NCBI GenBank assembly: GCA_963761335.1
Contig: CAVXGR010000018.1
Coordinates: 32,001 to 96,000 of the forward strand
DNA from: an uncultured delta proteobacterium
GTDB lineage: Bacteria; Desulfobacterota; Binatia; HRBIN30; BPIQ01
Length of the DNA: 64,000 bases
Direction: 5' to 3'
Made by a program: the position numbers and the translations under genes. Shown here in pieces: positions 50,890 through 64,000 of the stretch. The notes below the pieces were generated by a model. The model saw nothing but the letters and a program-made list of their open reading frames with translations. It did not search any database and had not been told where the DNA came from. How positions within the stretch are numbered: the stretch's first letter is position 1; each line of letters opens with the position of its first letter.

Positions 50890-51768
50890 CTACGCCGCCA
50901 GGTGATCCGGGCGCAGCACCAGCGACTGCACTTCGCGTTCGATCTCCGGTGTGATGCCGCGCCGGCGCGCCAGCGCCTTGAGCTTTCGTCGCACGTCCTT
51001 GGCGAGGGCGATGGCTTTGGTGCCGGTGGGATCGGAATTCTGCGAGCCGCTCTCGCGGCCGCGCACCAGCAGATCGCCGATGCTCTGCACGCAGATGGAG
51101 TTGTACGCCGGGATGAGGTTGCTCGGCAGCCCGAACTTGGAGCGCGCCGAGACCCGCAGCATCAGCGAGTGCCACTGCTCGAACTGCTGCCAGGCGAGCA
51201 CCGAGTTGAAGATGCGTTTGTTGGTGCGGAAGGAGAAGAGGGTGCGCTCGACGACGTCCTGCACCAGGCGATCGCAGTCGGGAAACTCGGCGCCCCGGCA
51301 CAGGTCGCTGAGCATCTCCCGGTACATGGGGTCCTGCAGCGAATCGAAGCGCGCCTCCCAGTAGACGTGGCGCAGGGCGCGGGCTCGATAGCTGACGATC
51401 AGCTGTGTCGGGATGAAGTGATTGTGGGAGTGCACGTCGGCGGCGAGATGGCTCAGGTAGCCGTAGGCGAAGGCGATCTGGGCGTCGGACTCGGCGCGTT
51501 CGACCAGCTGCCAGCCGACGGTCCACGAGTGGCAGTGGTACTGCATGGCGCGCGTGTATTTCTTGGCCTGGGTGATGTCGGCGCCGACGCAGCCGTAGAG
51601 GTACTCGCGCCAGTAGCGGCGCAGGGTTCCTTGAAGGGGTAGGGCGACGATGCTAAGGTCCCCCATCACTTGTGAGCCGTGTGCAAGATGGGTCAGCGGA
51701 CCCCAGGCGAGCGCTTCTCCGGGCACGAGCGCGATGGCGAGCACCACGGTGATGGCGAGGAGGAGCAT
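50890..51768 (-). CDS. Zinc-dependent phospholipase C-family protein
   Basis: Signal peptide followed by WGPLTH; G...AD; HCH; GYLSHLAAD..SHN; H.YWE. Confidence 0.85.
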   Translation of the reverse strand: MLLLAITVVLAIALVPGEALAWGPLTHLAHGSQVMGDLSIVALPLQGTLRRYWREYLYGCVGADITQAKKYTRAMQYHCHSWTVGWQLVERAESDAQIAFAYGYLSHLAADVHSHNHFIPTQLIVSYRARALRHVYWEARFDSLQDPMYREMLSDLCRGAEFPDCDRLVQDVVERTLFSFRTNKRIFNSVLAWQQFEQWHSLMLRVSARSKFGLPSNLIPAYNSICVQSIGDLLVRGRESGSQNSDPTGTKAIALAKDVRRKLKALARRRGITPEIEREVQSLVLRPDHLAA

Positions 51769-51785
51769 CGTCAGGCGATGCTACT

Positions 51786-52559
51786 ATGCGGGTGCGCAAC
51801 ACTCAAGGTGACCTGAGCGCGGCAATTGCGGGTCTGCGCGCCTACGTCGAATATATGCAGAGCACTGGAGTCGAAGGCTTCCCGCGCGGGCCGCTGCCGC
51901 GCGCCGGCGGTGGCGAAGCCGTTGGCCCCGAGGCCGCCGGTCGCGGCGGCGGGCGCTCTGGGGCGCCGAGCGCTCCCGGCGGTGCGGGTGGAATCTCGCC
52001 GGGCTCGCCTCTCCATCTGCTGCGCGACGAGATCGGCGATTGCCAGCGCTGCAAGCTGTGCCGTGCCCGGACCAACATCGTCTTCGGCGTCGGCGATGCG
52101 AACGCGGATTTGATGTTCGTCGGCGAAGGGCCCGGACGCGACGAGGACCTGAAGGCCGAGCCGTTCGTCGGCCGCGCCGGTCAGCTGCTCACGGAGATCA
52201 TCACCAAGGGCATGAAGCTGCGCCGGCAGGACGTGTACATCGCCAATGTCGTCAAGTGCCGGCCGCCAGAGAACCGCAACCCGGAGCCGGACGAGATCGC
52301 CGCTTGCGAGCCCTTCCTGATTCGCCAGATCGAGGCCGTGAAGCCGAAGGTCATCGTCGCCCTCGGCAAGTTCGCGGCGCAGACGCTGCTGCGCTCGAAC
52401 ACGCCGATCAGCCGCCTGCGCGGCACATGGCACGACTACCACGGCATCAAGCTGATGCCGACCTTGCACCCGGCCTACCTGCTGCGCAACCCGGCGGACA
52501 AGCGACTGGTCTGGGAAGACATCAAGCTGGTGATGGCGGAGCTGGGGCTGCACCCATGA
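51786..52559 (+). CDS. Family-4 uracil-DNA glycosylase (Fe-S)
   Basis: [38 protein letters not shown]; start may be the GTG at 51792. Confidence 0.93.
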   Translation: MRVRNTQGDLSAAIAGLRAYVEYMQSTGVEGFPRGPLPRAGGGEAVGPEAAGRGGGRSGAPSAPGGAGGISPGSPLHLLRDEIGDCQRCKLCRARTNIVFGVGDANADLMFVGEGPGRDEDLKAEPFVGRAGQLLTEIITKGMKLRRQDVYIANVVKCRPPENRNPEPDEIAACEPFLIRQIEAVKPKVIVALGKFAAQTLLRSNTPISRLRGTWHDYHGIKLMPTLHPAYLLRNPADKRLVWEDIKLVMAELGLHP

Positions 52560-53908
52560 GGCGCGCCGCGGCCGTCATCGTCGTGACCCTGCTCGCCGGC
52601 GCGGCCCTGGCGGCGGCACCCACGCGGACGCCGTCGACGCCGGCGCCACCGACACCGAGCGGCAAGCACGCCGCCCGCGTCAACCTGATCACCATCGACG
52701 GCATGATCAATCCGGCGAGCGCCGATTACATTCGCGAGGCAATCGCGCGTTCGCAGGACGAAGGCGCCGACGCTCTGATCATCGAGCTCGACACGCCCGG
52801 CGGCATGCTCGACTCGACCAAGTCCATCGTCAAGGATCTCCTCGGCGCGCCGTTGCCGGTGGTGGTCTACGTGGCCCCGAGCGGCGGCGGCGCCATCTCC
52901 GCCGGAGTATTCGTTACCCTGGCCGCCAACATCGCCGCCATGGCTCCGGGGACCAACATCGGCGCCGCGCACCCGGTCGGTGGCGGCGGCGAGAACATCG
53001 AGGGCGACATGCGCGAGAAGGTGGAGAACTTCGCCGCCTCGCTCAATCGCTCCATTGCCGAGCAGCGCGGACGCAACGCGGATTGGGCCGAGAAGGCGGT
53101 GCGCGAGAGCGTCACCGCGACCGAGACCGAGGCGCTGAAGCTCGGCATCATCGACATCGTCGCCACCGACGTCCCCGATCTCCTGCGGCAGATGCAGGGC
53201 CGCGAGGTGGCGGTCGCCGGCCGCAAGGTCCAGCTCGACGTGGCGGGGGCCACCGTGCAGCCGATCGACATGCGGCTCAAGCAGAAGATTCTCAACGTGC
53301 TCGCGCATCCCAACGTCGCCTATCTGCTGATGATGGCGGGCATTCTCGGGCTCTACGTGGAGTTCACCCACCCCGGTGTCTTCTTTCCGGGAATCGCCGG
53401 CTGCATCTCGCTGCTGCTCGGCCTGACCGCCCTGCAGGTGCTGCCGATCAACTACGGCGGTCTGGCGCTGATCGTCCTCGGGGTCGCCCTGCTGATCGCC
53501 GAGCTCTTCCTCCCCACCTTCGGCATCGTCGGCATCGGCGGGCTGGTCTCCTTCGTCATCGGCTCGCTGCTGCTCTTCGACACTCCGGAATCCACGGTCG
53601 GGGTCGATCCGGCAATCGTCTTCGCGGCGGCGGCCACCCTCGGGATCTTCACCCTGATCGTCGGCACGCTGGTGGTGCGGGCGCAGCGCAGCAAGCCGTC
53701 GCTCGGCGCCGAGGGCATGGTCGGCCAGCGGGGCGTGGCGCGCACGCCATTGCGTCCGGGCGAACGGAGCGGCAAGGTCTTTGTCCATGGGGAATACTGG
53801 AGTGCCGACACCGACGAGCTCATCGAGGCCGGCTCCCGCGTCCAGGTCCTGGGCGTCGACGGCATACGCGTCCGCGTGCGCGCGGTGAAGGAAGGAGAGA
53901 GGGCATGA
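52556..53908 (+). CDS. nfeD: NfeD-family membrane-bound serine protease
   Basis: [33 protein letters not shown] region; C-terminal OB domain [10 protein letters not shown]. Confidence 0.93.
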   Translation: MRRAAAVIVVTLLAGAALAAAPTRTPSTPAPPTPSGKHAARVNLITIDGMINPASADYIREAIARSQDEGADALIIELDTPGGMLDSTKSIVKDLLGAPLPVVVYVAPSGGGAISAGVFVTLAANIAAMAPGTNIGAAHPVGGGGENIEGDMREKVENFAASLNRSIAEQRGRNADWAEKAVRESVTATETEALKLGIIDIVATDVPDLLRQMQGREVAVAGRKVQLDVAGATVQPIDMRLKQKILNVLAHPNVAYLLMMAGILGLYVEFTHPGVFFPGIAGCISLLLGLTALQVLPINYGGLALIVLGVALLIAELFLPTFGIVGIGGLVSFVIGSLLLFDTPESTVGVDPAIVFAAAATLGIFTLIVGTLVVRAQRSKPSLGAEGMVGQRGVARTPLRPGERSGKVFVHGEYWSADTDELIEAGSRVQVLGVDGIRVRVRAVKEGERA

Positions 53909-54657
53909 TCGGACCACTCACCACGGTGCTTCTGCTGGTGGCGGTGATCGTTGCCAGCGGCATCAAAGTCCTCAAGGAGTTCGAGCGCGGCGTCGTCTTC
54001 CGGCTGGGACGGCTGGTGGCGCATCGCGGGCCGGGGCTGATCTACTTGCTCCCGGTGGTCGAGAAGATGCAGCGCATCGACCTGCGCACCGTGACCATGG
54101 ACGTGCCGGGGCAGGACGTGATCACTCGCGACAACGTCTCGGTGAAGGTGAACGCCGTGCTCTACTTCCGCGTCGTCGACCCGAGCAAGGCGGTGATCGA
54201 GGTCGTCGACTATCTCTTCGCCACCTCGCAGCTGGCGCAGACGACGCTGCGCAGCGTCTGCGGTCAGGCGGATCTCGACGAGCTGCTCTCCGAGCGCGAA
54301 AAGCTCAACACCCGGATGCAGGAGATCCTCGACCAGCAGACCGACCCGTGGGGGATCAAGGTGGTGACCGTCGAGGTCAAGCACATCGATCTGCCGCAGG
54401 AGATGCAGCGCGCCATGGCGCAACAGGCGGAGGCGGAACGCGACCGGCGCGCCAAGGTGATCAACGCCGAAGGCGAGTTTCAGGCGGCGCAGCGCCTCGC
54501 CGACGCTTCGGCGAAGATCCAGGAGCACCCCATCGCCCTGCAGCTTCGCTTTCTGCAGACGCTCAACGAGGTCGCCTCCGAGAACAACTCGACGACGGTG
54601 TTTCCCATCCCCATCGATCTCTTCAAGCCGTTCCTGACGCCCGCCAAGCCGAAGTGA
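53905..54657 (+). CDS. Slipin / stomatin-like SPFH protein
   Basis: [47 protein letters not shown]. Confidence 0.95.
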   Translation: MIGPLTTVLLLVAVIVASGIKVLKEFERGVVFRLGRLVAHRGPGLIYLLPVVEKMQRIDLRTVTMDVPGQDVITRDNVSVKVNAVLYFRVVDPSKAVIEVVDYLFATSQLAQTTLRSVCGQADLDELLSEREKLNTRMQEILDQQTDPWGIKVVTVEVKHIDLPQEMQRAMAQQAEAERDRRAKVINAEGEFQAAQRLADASAKIQEHPIALQLRFLQTLNEVASENNSTTVFPIPIDLFKPFLTPAKPK

Positions 54658-54743
54658 GTCAGTAGCCCGTATATCGTATCTCGGTGTCTCGGTAGCTCAG
54701 TGGCTTCGTGGAGCTCCGATAGCGAAGCTGAGCCACCGAGCCA

Positions 54744-56063
<1,320 letters not shown>

Positions 56064-56138
56064 GCGCCGGACTCTAGGCCATGCCGCATGAGTGGGAGTT
56101 AGCCAGATGCGATTCGTTTTGTCGAGACGGCGAGGCGA

Positions 56139-56210
56139 GGTTGTTACGTTGTTGGTTGTTGGTTGTTAGGTGGTATGGGCCGCAACAACCTAACAACCAA
56201 CAACCCAACG
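56139..56210. repeat. Inverted arrays of 7-mers (GGTTGTT ... AACAACC)
   Basis: GTTGTTGGTTGTTGGTTGTTAGG ... AACAACCTAACAACCAACAACCCAAC. Confidence 0.8.
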
Positions 56211-56217
56211 GCCTGTA

Positions 56218-57093
56218 TCAAAGATCGATGTATCCTCCACCGACGGAAACACACTGTCCGGCGACGCGCACGGCGCGGAACTCGTCCGGGCCTCCCTCGA
56301 TCTCGACCTGGATCCGGCTCGGGCGGCCCATCTCGATCCCCTGCTCGATGGCGATCGATGCTGGGGCGCCCGGTGGCCGGACGCCGTAGCGCAGCAGATA
56401 ACAGCCGAGGGGCCCGGCGGCGCTGCCGGTCGCCGGGTCCTCCGCAACTCCGGCCGCCGGCGCAAACATCCGCGCCCGCAGCGGCGCGCCCTGGCGCTCG
56501 CCGAGCGCGAAGCAGTAGACGCCGAGCACGTCGAGGCTGCGCTCCAGGCTGCGCCAGCGCTCGCTGTTCAGCCGCGCCAGGGCGACCGCCTCGCAGTCGC
56601 GCAGCGGCACGAACAGGAACGGGGCGCCCGCGGAGAGCGCCTGCACGGGCAGGTCGGAACGCAGAAGCGCCGCGTCGAGGCCGAGAGCCGTCGCCACCGC
56701 GTCGCGGTCTTGCAGCGGCGGCTCCCAGCCCGGCAGCGGTTGCGTCATTCGCCACAGCTCCGCACCGGCGCGCGGCACCCGCTCGACGGTGATCGGGCCG
56801 ACTCCCTCCAGAAAGACGACTCGCTGCGGCGGCGCCAGGGCAAAGGCGCTGCCGATCGTCGGGTGCCCGGCCATCTGCAGCTCGCGGCCGGGGGTGAAGA
56901 TGCGCAGGCGGTGATCGCAGGCAGGGTCCGGGCTGGGAAGCACGAAGGTGGTCTCCGACAGGTTGAGCTCGCGGGCGATGCGCTGCATGTCGATCGGATC
57001 GATCTCGGCGGCCTGCGGGAACACGGCGAGCGGGTTGCCTCCGAACTTCTGGCTCGTGAACACGTCGACGAGATGGTATTCGTGCCGCGGCAT
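56218..57093 (-). CDS. PhzF-family isomerase
   Basis: VDVFT...GGNPLAV, LSETTF, RIFTP, AGHPT, EDPATGSA, QGIEMGRPS. Confidence 0.93.
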   Translation of the reverse strand: MPRHEYHLVDVFTSQKFGGNPLAVFPQAAEIDPIDMQRIARELNLSETTFVLPSPDPACDHRLRIFTPGRELQMAGHPTIGSAFALAPPQRVVFLEGVGPITVERVPRAGAELWRMTQPLPGWEPPLQDRDAVATALGLDAALLRSDLPVQALSAGAPFLFVPLRDCEAVALARLNSERWRSLERSLDVLGVYCFALGERQGAPLRARMFAPAAGVAEDPATGSAAGPLGCYLLRYGVRPPGAPASIAIEQGIEMGRPSRIQVEIEGGPDEFRAVRVAGQCVSVGGGYIDL

Positions 57094-57191
57094 GGCAGGC
57101 CTCCTTCGATGAAGGTGTCTAGCGCCGCGCCGCGGCGCTTGCCAACCCGGATCCTCGGGCGTGGAAATGCCGGCGGAGTCGCGGAGGCGAG

Positions 57192-57938
57192 GTGAACGGC
57201 TCGCTGCACCGCGCCCTGGGCATCTCGTCGCCGCAGGTCGTGGCCTTCATCGGCGCCGGCGGCAAGACGAGCGCTCTACGCCGGCTCGCCGCGGAGGCGG
57301 CTGCCGCCGGATGCCGCAGCCTGCTGCTCAGCACCACGCGCATCGAGCCGCAGCGCGGCGAGGTCGTCACCGTCGCCGTCACCTCGCTGGAGGAAGCGGT
57401 GGCGGCCATCCGCAGCCACGCCGGCGCGACACCGTTGCTGCTGGTCACCGAGCGCCTGCCGACGCGCTGGCGCGGCGTGCCGCCCGAATGGGTCGCCGAG
57501 CTGGCGCGTCTGCAGGCGGTCGACGAGGTGCTGGTGCAGGCCGACGGCTCCTCGCGGCGGCCGTTCAAGGCGCCGGCGCCGCACGAGCCGGCGATCCCCG
57601 ACGGCAGCAGTCTGGTGGTGGCGGTCATGGGAATCGATGCCGTGGGGCAGCCGATCGATGCGCGCGGCGTGCACCGTCCCGAATGGGTGGCGCGGTTCTC
57701 GGGGCTGGCCGAGGGGGAGCCGCTCACCGCGGCGGCGGCCGCCGCGGTGATCCTGCATCCCGAAGGAGGCTTCCGCGCCGCGCCGCCGCGGCGCGCCGTG
57801 CTCATCAACAAGGTCGACTCGGCAGAGCGGCTCCGCCAGGCGGCCGAGGTTGCCGCCGCCCTGCGCCAGCGCACCGCCATCCGCGTCGTCGCCGCCGCCC
57901 TTCGCGAAGCCGATCCGGTGCGCCGGGTGTGGGAGTGA
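57192..57938 (+). CDS. yqeC: YqeC-like selenium/molybdenum-hydroxylase accessory protein
   Basis: FIGAGGKTS, STTRI, VLVQADGS.RRPFKAPAPHEPAIP, LINKVD. Confidence 0.8.
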   Translation: MNGSLHRALGISSPQVVAFIGAGGKTSALRRLAAEAAAAGCRSLLLSTTRIEPQRGEVVTVAVTSLEEAVAAIRSHAGATPLLLVTERLPTRWRGVPPEWVAELARLQAVDEVLVQADGSSRRPFKAPAPHEPAIPDGSSLVVAVMGIDAVGQPIDARGVHRPEWVARFSGLAEGEPLTAAAAAAVILHPEGGFRAAPPRRAVLINKVDSAERLRQAAEVAAALRQRTAIRVVAAALREADPVRRVWE

Positions 57939-57976
57939 CGCTCGCCAACCCACCTCCGACTTGCTACAGGACCGAC

Positions 57977-58798
57977 ATGCCGCGTGTCGCCGTGGTCGTG
58001 CCCACATACAATCGCCGCGCCATGGTGCGCGAGGCGGTGCACTCCGTGCTGGCGCAGTCGGAGCGCGATTTCGAGCTGATCGTCGTCGACGACGGCTCCG
58101 AGGACGAGACGGCGGCGGCGATCGGAGACGAGTTCGGCTCCGCCGTGCGCCTGATCCGCACGCCGCATCGCGGTGTCTCGGCGGCCCGTAATGCGGGTGC
58201 GGCCGAGAGCCGGGCGCCGCTCATCACCTTTCTCGATTCCGACGATCTCTGGGACGGTCGCAAGCTGGCGGCACAGCTCGACTGGTTCGCCGTGCGCCCT
58301 GCGGAGAGCATCTGCCAGACCGAGGAGGTCTGGATTCGCAACGGCGCGCGCGTCAACCCGTGTCGCCACCACCGCAAGCGGGAGGGCGACATCTTCGTGT
58401 CCAGCCTGGAGCTGTGCCTGATCAGCCCGTCGGCGGTGATGCTGCGGCGCGGGCTGTTCGAACAGATCGGCGGCTTCGACGAGTCGCTTCCGGCATGCGA
58501 GGACTACGATCTGTGGCTGCGCATCGCGCGGATTGCCCGGATCGGATTGTTGCCGCAGGCGCTGGTGACCCGCCGCGCTGGACATGCCGACCAGCTGTCG
58601 CGGCGCTTCTGGGGCATGGACCGCTTCCGGGTCGCCTCGCTGTGCAAGCTGCTCGCCGAGCCGCTGGCGGCGGAGCGGCGACAGGCGGCGATCGCCGTCC
58701 TGCGCCGCAAGTGCGCGATTCTGGCGCAAGGTGCGGAGAAGCGGGGGCGGTTGCAGGAGGCCGAGCGCTACCGCTCTCTGGCGGACGTGTATGTCTGA
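57977..58798 (+). CDS. Family 2 glycosyltransferase
   Basis: VVVPTYNR, VVDDGS, GVSAARN, FLDSDD, CEDYDLWLR; an alternative GTG at 57935 overlaps the yqeC stop. Confidence 0.92.
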   Translation: MPRVAVVVPTYNRRAMVREAVHSVLAQSERDFELIVVDDGSEDETAAAIGDEFGSAVRLIRTPHRGVSAARNAGAAESRAPLITFLDSDDLWDGRKLAAQLDWFAVRPAESICQTEEVWIRNGARVNPCRHHRKREGDIFVSSLELCLISPSAVMLRRGLFEQIGGFDESLPACEDYDLWLRIARIARIGLLPQALVTRRAGHADQLSRRFWGMDRFRVASLCKLLAEPLAAERRQAAIAVLRRKCAILAQGAEKRGRLQEAERYRSLADVYV

Positions 58799-59333
58799 AG
58801 CGGAGCTGCGCCGGCGCATCGTCTCCTTCGCCACCTCGCGGCACCTGCGAGCGCCACTGCTGGAGCGTTGGAGCGGTGCTGCGCCTGCGGACGCCGCCGC
58901 GCTGCTGGAGTTGGCCGAGTCCCTGCGTCTGGGCGAGAATCAGCTGCGCGACGTCTTCGACTGGAGCGAAGAGATTGCGGTTCGCGACGGCACCAGCATT
59001 GCCGCGGTGCTGGACGGCGCGGAGATCCGCGGCGTACGGAAGCGGGGGATCGGCCGCAACGAGACCATCCACGCGCTGCGTGCGGCGCTGCGCCGCCTGC
59101 GCTTCCCCCAGCTGACGGCGCTCGAGGACCGGCTCAACGAATGTATCGGTGCCCTCGATCTGCCCCGCAGCGTGCGCCTGGTGTTGCCGGAGCAGCTCCA
59201 GGGGACGGAGATCCGCGTCGAGATCCGTGCCGGCAGCGCCGCCGACCTAGGCGAGGCGCTCGAACGTCTCGCCGCAGCCGCCGCGAGCCCGCAGATGGCG
59301 GAGCTGTTCGCGCTCTTGTGCGTGGCGCCCTAG
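58791..59333 (+). CDS. Hypothetical all-alpha protein
   Basis: ATG overlaps the GT2 end; LRLGENQLRD...LRRLRFPQL; 180 aa. Confidence 0.7.
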   Translation: MSEAELRRRIVSFATSRHLRAPLLERWSGAAPADAAALLELAESLRLGENQLRDVFDWSEEIAVRDGTSIAAVLDGAEIRGVRKRGIGRNETIHALRAALRRLRFPQLTALEDRLNECIGALDLPRSVRLVLPEQLQGTEIRVEIRAGSAADLGEALERLAAAAASPQMAELFALLCVAP

Positions 59334-59339
59334 CCGCAT

Positions 59340-59500
59340 GGGGACGGGCTCCTTTTCGGCAGCGGAAGCCGATCGAGGAGGGTTGCAGCCCGCGCCGCCG
59401 AAAAGGTGCCTGTCCCCTGGCGACCGGATGAGGACAGGCAACTTTTGCGGATGAGTTCCTTCCTCTCGCTGATTTCGACAGGCAAAAGTAGCCTGTCCCC
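59340..59500. repeat. Palindromic repeat family B, two-hairpin copy 2
   Basis: GGGGACGGGCTCCTTTTCGGC...GCCGAAAAGGTGCCTGTCCCC followed by GAGGACAGGCAACTTTTGCG...GCAAAAGTAGCCTGTCCCC. Confidence 0.85.
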
Positions 59501-59550
59501 GCCGGCGCCGCGCTTGCGCGGCGCGCCTCGGTCGGGCAACAAACGATGCG

Positions 59551-60647
59551 ATGACGATGGGCCTGGCGATCGAGGAGCTCTGGGTCGAGAGGGGCGAGGA
59601 GGAGACGGCGGTGGCGCGGCGTGTTTGCGGCGCCCTGGCGCACCTGCAGCCGCGGCTGGTCGACGATCCGCTCGCCGCCGAGCCAGCCCGCGGCCGGTGA
59701 ACCGCTTCGCCGCCGGCAAGCGCCGGCTGCTGCTGACCCGCCGCCGCGGCGATTTCCTACAGCACTGCCCGGCGGGCACCAGCGGCATGGTCTGCTGCAA
59801 CTACCTGGTCATCTCGCTCGGCTCCAACTGCCCCATGGACTGCAGCTACTGCTTTCTCCAGGAGTATCTGCGGAACAATCCGGCCCTGAAGATCTACACC
59901 AACCCGGAGGCCGCACTCGCCGAGGTCGACCGCGTTCTCCGCGCCCGCCCCGACCGCCAGTTCCGCATCGGCACCGGCGAGCTGGTGGACAGCCTGGCTC
60001 TCGATGCGCTCGCCGGCACCTCGCGGCTGCTGGTGCCCTTCTTCGCGGCGCGGGCGAACGCTCTGCTGGAGCTGAAGACCAAGACGGCGTCGGTAGACGA
60101 CCTTCTCGGGCTCGACAGCCGCGGCCGCGTGGTGGTGTCCTGGTCCGTCAACCCCGCCGCGATCGTCGAGCAGGAGGAGCGCGGCACGGCCTCGCTCGGC
60201 GAGCGCCTGGCCGCCGCCCGTCGGGTGCAGACGGCGGGCTATCGTCTCGGCTTTCACTTCGATCCGATCATCGAGTACGCCGACTGGCAGGAGGGCTATC
60301 GCGACGCGGTCGCCGCCATGGCGGCGACCGTGGATCCGCGGCGGATCGCCTGGATCAGCCTCGGCGGCCTGCGCATGACTCCGCAGCTGAAGCAGGCCGT
60401 CCGCGGCCGCGGCCTGCCGCGGCTGCTCGGCGGCGAGCTGCTGCCGGCGGCCGACGGCAAGCTGCGCGTGTGGCAGGGCCTGCGGGTGAAGATGTACCGC
60501 GCCCTGGCGGGCTGGCTGCGGGAGTGGTCCGACGCCTTTCCGCTGTACCTGTGCACCGAGGGGCCCGAAGTGTGGCGTCAGGTCTTCGACGAGGTCCCCG
60601 CCGATCGCGATCTCGGCCTGCGGCTCGCCGCCGGCGCCGGCTGGTGA
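59551..60647 (+). pseudogene. Spore-photoproduct-lyase-like radical SAM protein, split by a frameshift near 59680-59700
   Basis: N-terminal frame MTMGLAIEELWVERGEEETAVARR...* stops at 59700; the -1 frame continues with GKRRLLL...CPAGT..VCCNY...NCPMDCSYCFL, RIGTGELVDSL, LELKTK, GFHFDPII. Confidence 0.7.
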
Positions 60648-60714
60648 GCCGGGGTACTGTCCACGTTTGCCGGTCCGACTCTGCAATTATCTCCCGCCGC
60701 CGCGCGCAAGGGTC

Positions 60715-60857
60715 TCCTCTCCCCGCATTCTTTTTCGCGGGGAGAGGATCAAGGTGAGGGGCTTCTTCCCTCACTGAAAGTTCACGATTTCTGCGGCGTT
60801 CAAGAAGATCGGAACCCTCACCCTGTCCCTCTGCCGCGAAACAATGCGGGAGAGGGA
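60715..60857. repeat. Inverted pair of CCCTCACCC...CCTCTCCC-type palindromic repeats (family C)
   Basis: TCCTCTCCCCGC...GCGGGGAGAGGATCAAGGTGAGGG and CCCTCACCCTGTCCCTCTGCCGC...GCGGGAGAGGGA. Confidence 0.7.
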
Positions 60858-61023
60858 ATCCGCGCCCGCCGCGGCGTGAAAATCGACGGGCAGTCGTTGT
60901 CAATTGGGTGCATTCCCCAAAAATAGGACAGTACTTGAGCCGGCCGGCGACTTGATCTTTGAGGACCGGATCGGCACCATGAGGGGTCGTCGAAGCGGCC
61001 CTCGGCCGCCTCGCTCTATTTCT

Positions 61024-64000
<2,977 letters not shown>

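Noticed and set aside
56218..57093. Phenazine biosynthesis cluster
   Set aside because: Lone PhzF-family gene with no phzA/B/D/E/G nearby
57192..57938. Selenoprotein or SECIS recoding near yqeC
   Set aside because: No in-frame TGA at a catalytic position in neighbouring genes, and no selD/selAB in the window
59406..59696. ORF-track N-terminus of the radical SAM protein (MPVPWRPDED...)
   Set aside because: It starts inside a family B repeat and is low-complexity; the plausible N-terminus is in another frame from 59551

Overview
High-GC (roughly 68% by eye) bacterial chromosomal segment, densely coding, with about 55 genes and no rRNA, tRNA, CRISPR array, integrase or transposase that I can see. 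Gene style suggests a deltaproteobacteria-like lineage, plausibly Candidatus Binatia (inference only). Mostly housekeeping and metabolic genes: rmlA/rmlC, UvrD, ccr, folP, a lone type IIA topoisomerase B subunit, an M16 peptidase pair, a BepA-like M48 protease, a Mrp/ferredoxin/lipid/coaBC run, family-4 UDG, nfeD-slipin, ino1 and secA, which runs off the end. Most notable: (1) a 683-aa P-loop ATPase fused to a non-canonical class III nucleotide-cyclase domain (7182-9233); (2) a 5-kb subtilase cassette bracketed by direct repeats that duplicate the 3' end of that ATPase gene plus a palindrome; (3) a YqeC / GT2 / helical protein / SPL-like radical SAM operon whose radical SAM gene is frameshifted; (4) SecA with a ~265-aa helical insertion in the VAR position; (5) a possible inositol-phospholipid pathway; (6) at least four families of intergenic palindromic repeats; (7) several apparently leaderless genes. 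All calls come from reading motifs; no searches were run.
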